Below are positions 61,868 to 64,000 of a stretch of DNA of 64,000 nucleotides, piece after piece. Made by a program: the position numbers and the translations under genes. A model generated the notes under the pieces. That model made no database searches and was not told the DNA's origin. It was given only the letters and a program-made list of their open reading frames with translations. Position 1 is the stretch's first letter, and each line of letters begins with the position of its first letter. Origin of the DNA: Carcharhinus amblyrhynchos (lineage: Eukaryota); contig OZ336874.1 of NCBI GenBank assembly GCA_965287045.1, forward strand, positions 2,232,001 through 2,296,000. The letters are read 5' to 3'.

Positions 61868-62352
61868 TAGAACATTACAGCACAGTACAGGCCCTTCAGC
61901 CCTCGATGTTGTGCCGACCAGTGGAACCAATCTAATGACCCTCTAATCTAAACTGTTCCAATATTATCCATATGTCTATCCAATGACCGTTTGAATGTCC
62001 TTAAAGTTGGCAAGTCCACTACTGCAGGCAGGGCATTCCACGCCCTTACTACCCTCTGAGTAAAGAACCTACCTCTGACATCTGTCCTATATTTATCACA
62101 TCTCAATTTAAAGCTATGCCCCCTTGTGTTAGCCATCACCATCTGAGGAAAAAGGTTCTCGCTGTCTACCCTGTCTAATCCTCTGATCATCTTGTATGCC
62201 TCAATTAAGTCACCTCTTAATCTTCTTCTTTCTAACGAAAACAACCTCAAGTGCCTCAGCCTTTCCTCATAAGACCTTCCCACCATACTAGGCAACATCC
62301 TGGTAAATCTCTGCACCCTTTCCAGTGCTTCCACGTCTTTCCTGTAAAATGG
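61868..62352 (-). mobile_element. CR1-type LINE 3' fragment (different subfamily)
   Basis: YRKDVEALERVQRFTRMLP...LFSLERRRLRGDLIEAYK...TRGHSFK...FFTQRVVRAWNALP. Confidence 0.92.
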
Positions 62353-63479
62353 TGCTTTGTCAGAGCATAGCCTGGCGGCAATGAGAGTCTGGAAATTGGA
62401 AGACAGAAGAGTGAATTGAAAAGGGAATATAGGAACCTGATGCAGGCAAAAGCCTGAAGACAACGACACCAGAGAAAGTAGACTAAAGAGAATGGAAGCT
62501 TGAATGGAATGGAAACCAGGCGAGAGCTTGAAAATTTGGGAAACCCTAGGAACAAGAGGCCAGACAGAATGGGACCCAGGTGGGGGCAAGAGCCCAAAGG
62601 AGCATGTGCCTAGAGAGAGAGACCATGAGCTTCATTGAACAGGAGGCAAAGACAGCAAGTGCCTGGGAACAGTAGGCGTATGGAATGAGATGCTTCTGGA
62701 ATGTGGAAGCAACTGTTAAGAGCCTGTACCTGGGAAGAACTGGAACTCCGAAGGTACTAAAGCCTGGGAAGAGGGGGAATGAATGGGAGCCTGGAGTAGG
62801 TAGGAGAAAGTTGGAAACTAGAGACCTGGATACTTTGGGAGCTTGGAGACTGTCCGAGGCTGGAAAAATCGATTGGGAGCCTACTCAGAACAGATGACTA
62901 GAGACAGCAGCAGCTGGGAGAGTGCGGGAACCTGAAGAGAATACTTGGCCCGAGAGAACAGGAGCTTGAGATGAGTGGAGTCCAGAGAGTGGAAGAGCCC
63001 AGAGGGAGCAGGAGCCTTCAGAGAGCAGGAACTCAGGGACAGCTGGTGCTCAGATGGAGTGGAAACCATGGAATGGCAGGCTGGAGATTGTAGAGGCAAG
63101 AGCGCATAGGAAACCATAAGTCTCTGGCATGCAAATCTGAAGACTGTAGGAGCTAGTCAAGAACTGGAACCAGGTAAACACGGACGCAGCAAGAGACCAG
63201 AAAGAGTGGGAGCCCAGACAGAATGCGAATTGAGTGGAGAGACCAGTCTCCAAAACAGAATAAGAGCCTGGAGATATCATGATCCCAAAGCAGAAGAAAT
63301 CTGATGCAAGCAGATCCGGGTAGAATTCAAGCCCAGAGCTAAGAGAGTACGGAAGACTGTGGGGGACAGGAGCTCAGAGAGTGCGGAAGGTTTGATGAGC
63401 TCACCGGTTTTGCAGTTGTACTAGATTGACACAGTCAATTGAGTTACCAGTAGTAACTTCTGACCATCTCATCACTGCA

Positions 63480-64000
63480 ACAGAATGAGAGAAATTTTAA
63501 CATCATCATGGAATGCCAATGCTTAAGACAAAAATCTACTCTTTGACTCTCTGTGATGGTGTGGAACATATTTCATGGGGTGAAAAGTTATACATCTTAA
63601 ATAATTTGCACAAATACTGAATTGGGCAGACATTTGTAGCCTATGTACCTTGATCAGCATGAGGTTGACAAGATCACCAACAACAGACAATGACTTTGTG
63701 CCCAGAATGAACTCTGCATTGCCAACTTTCTTCCAGGGTAACCATTGCAACAGGGTACCAGGACATCATTCAAAATCTGTCTATTAGCAGTAACTTGACC
63801 TGATCATCAGAAGATGCAATCTGCCTGGTATCCCGTACCTACCATTCCATAGCTTGTGATTATTCTTGCAGCAGAGAATGAAGGTGCAGTCCCAAAATTT
63901 TCACAGCTCCAACATAACAACTTGGCATGCATCAGCATCCCTAACAAAATAAATTGTGCCAAATGTGAGCAGCTTGTGTTAAGTCTTGAGCAAATTCCTA
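63480..64000 (+). mobile_element. Decayed RTE-clade LINE endonuclease/linker region, copy 9, running off the window
   Basis: tcatcagaagatgcaatctgcctgg; ttcttgcagcagagaatgaaggtgca homologous to 19145-19240 and 25230-25320. Confidence 0.7.

Larger units (their letters stand above)
15661..64000 (+). repeat. Ancient head-to-tail segmental array of a composite unit P-C-T-D-R with many internal deletions; extends past the window end
   Basis: Same blocks recur in the same order and orientation. P: 15680, 21130, 27040, 31285, 36145, 38960, 43205, 48140, 49920, 58065, 62360. C: 17010 (start only), 23150, 29565, 32270, 45900, 49760, 51150, 54950. T: 23495, 33300, 47220, 52135, 56085, 58265. D: 18380, 23880, 33610, 40240, 47570, 52640, 56440, 58390. 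R: see RTE entries. Confidence 0.92.

Noticed and set aside
15600-63280. Many 100-235 aa Leu/Ser/Phe/Cys-rich ORFs on the minus strand of the array
   Set aside because: They are the pyrimidine-rich complement of P blocks, where stop codons are compositionally rare; frames are not conserved between copies and show no domains

Overview
Eukaryotic vertebrate genomic DNA. The repeat content (HE1/V-type tRNA SINEs, HER1/CR1-type LINEs, Deu-domain SINEs, Penelope-derived palindromes) points to a shark or other elasmobranch. Bases 1-13.2 kb hold the first seven coding exons of IFT74 on the minus strand. They splice in frame, and one intron uses a non-canonical GC donor. IFT74 starts in a CpG island (~13.07-13.50 kb) with RFX X-box-like motifs, flanked by G-rich minisatellites. 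From ~15.7 kb to the window end I found no recognisable protein-coding gene. This ~48 kb is an old, scrambled head-to-tail amplification of one composite unit, all copies on the + strand: purine-rich degenerate repeat block P, block C of unknown origin, TG-rich block T, an RTE-like 3' remnant D, and a decayed RTE LINE R. The unit is present in about 8-11 partial copies, later hit by younger CR1, Rex1-like and SINE insertions. The array begins right after a strong + strand splice acceptor downstream of the IFT74 promoter, so it may be a divergently transcribed non-coding (lncRNA or piRNA-cluster-like) locus; this is inference only. Almost all ORFs in the supplied track are spurious or TE-derived. 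Module boundaries are approximate (read by eye); exon boundaries are exact.
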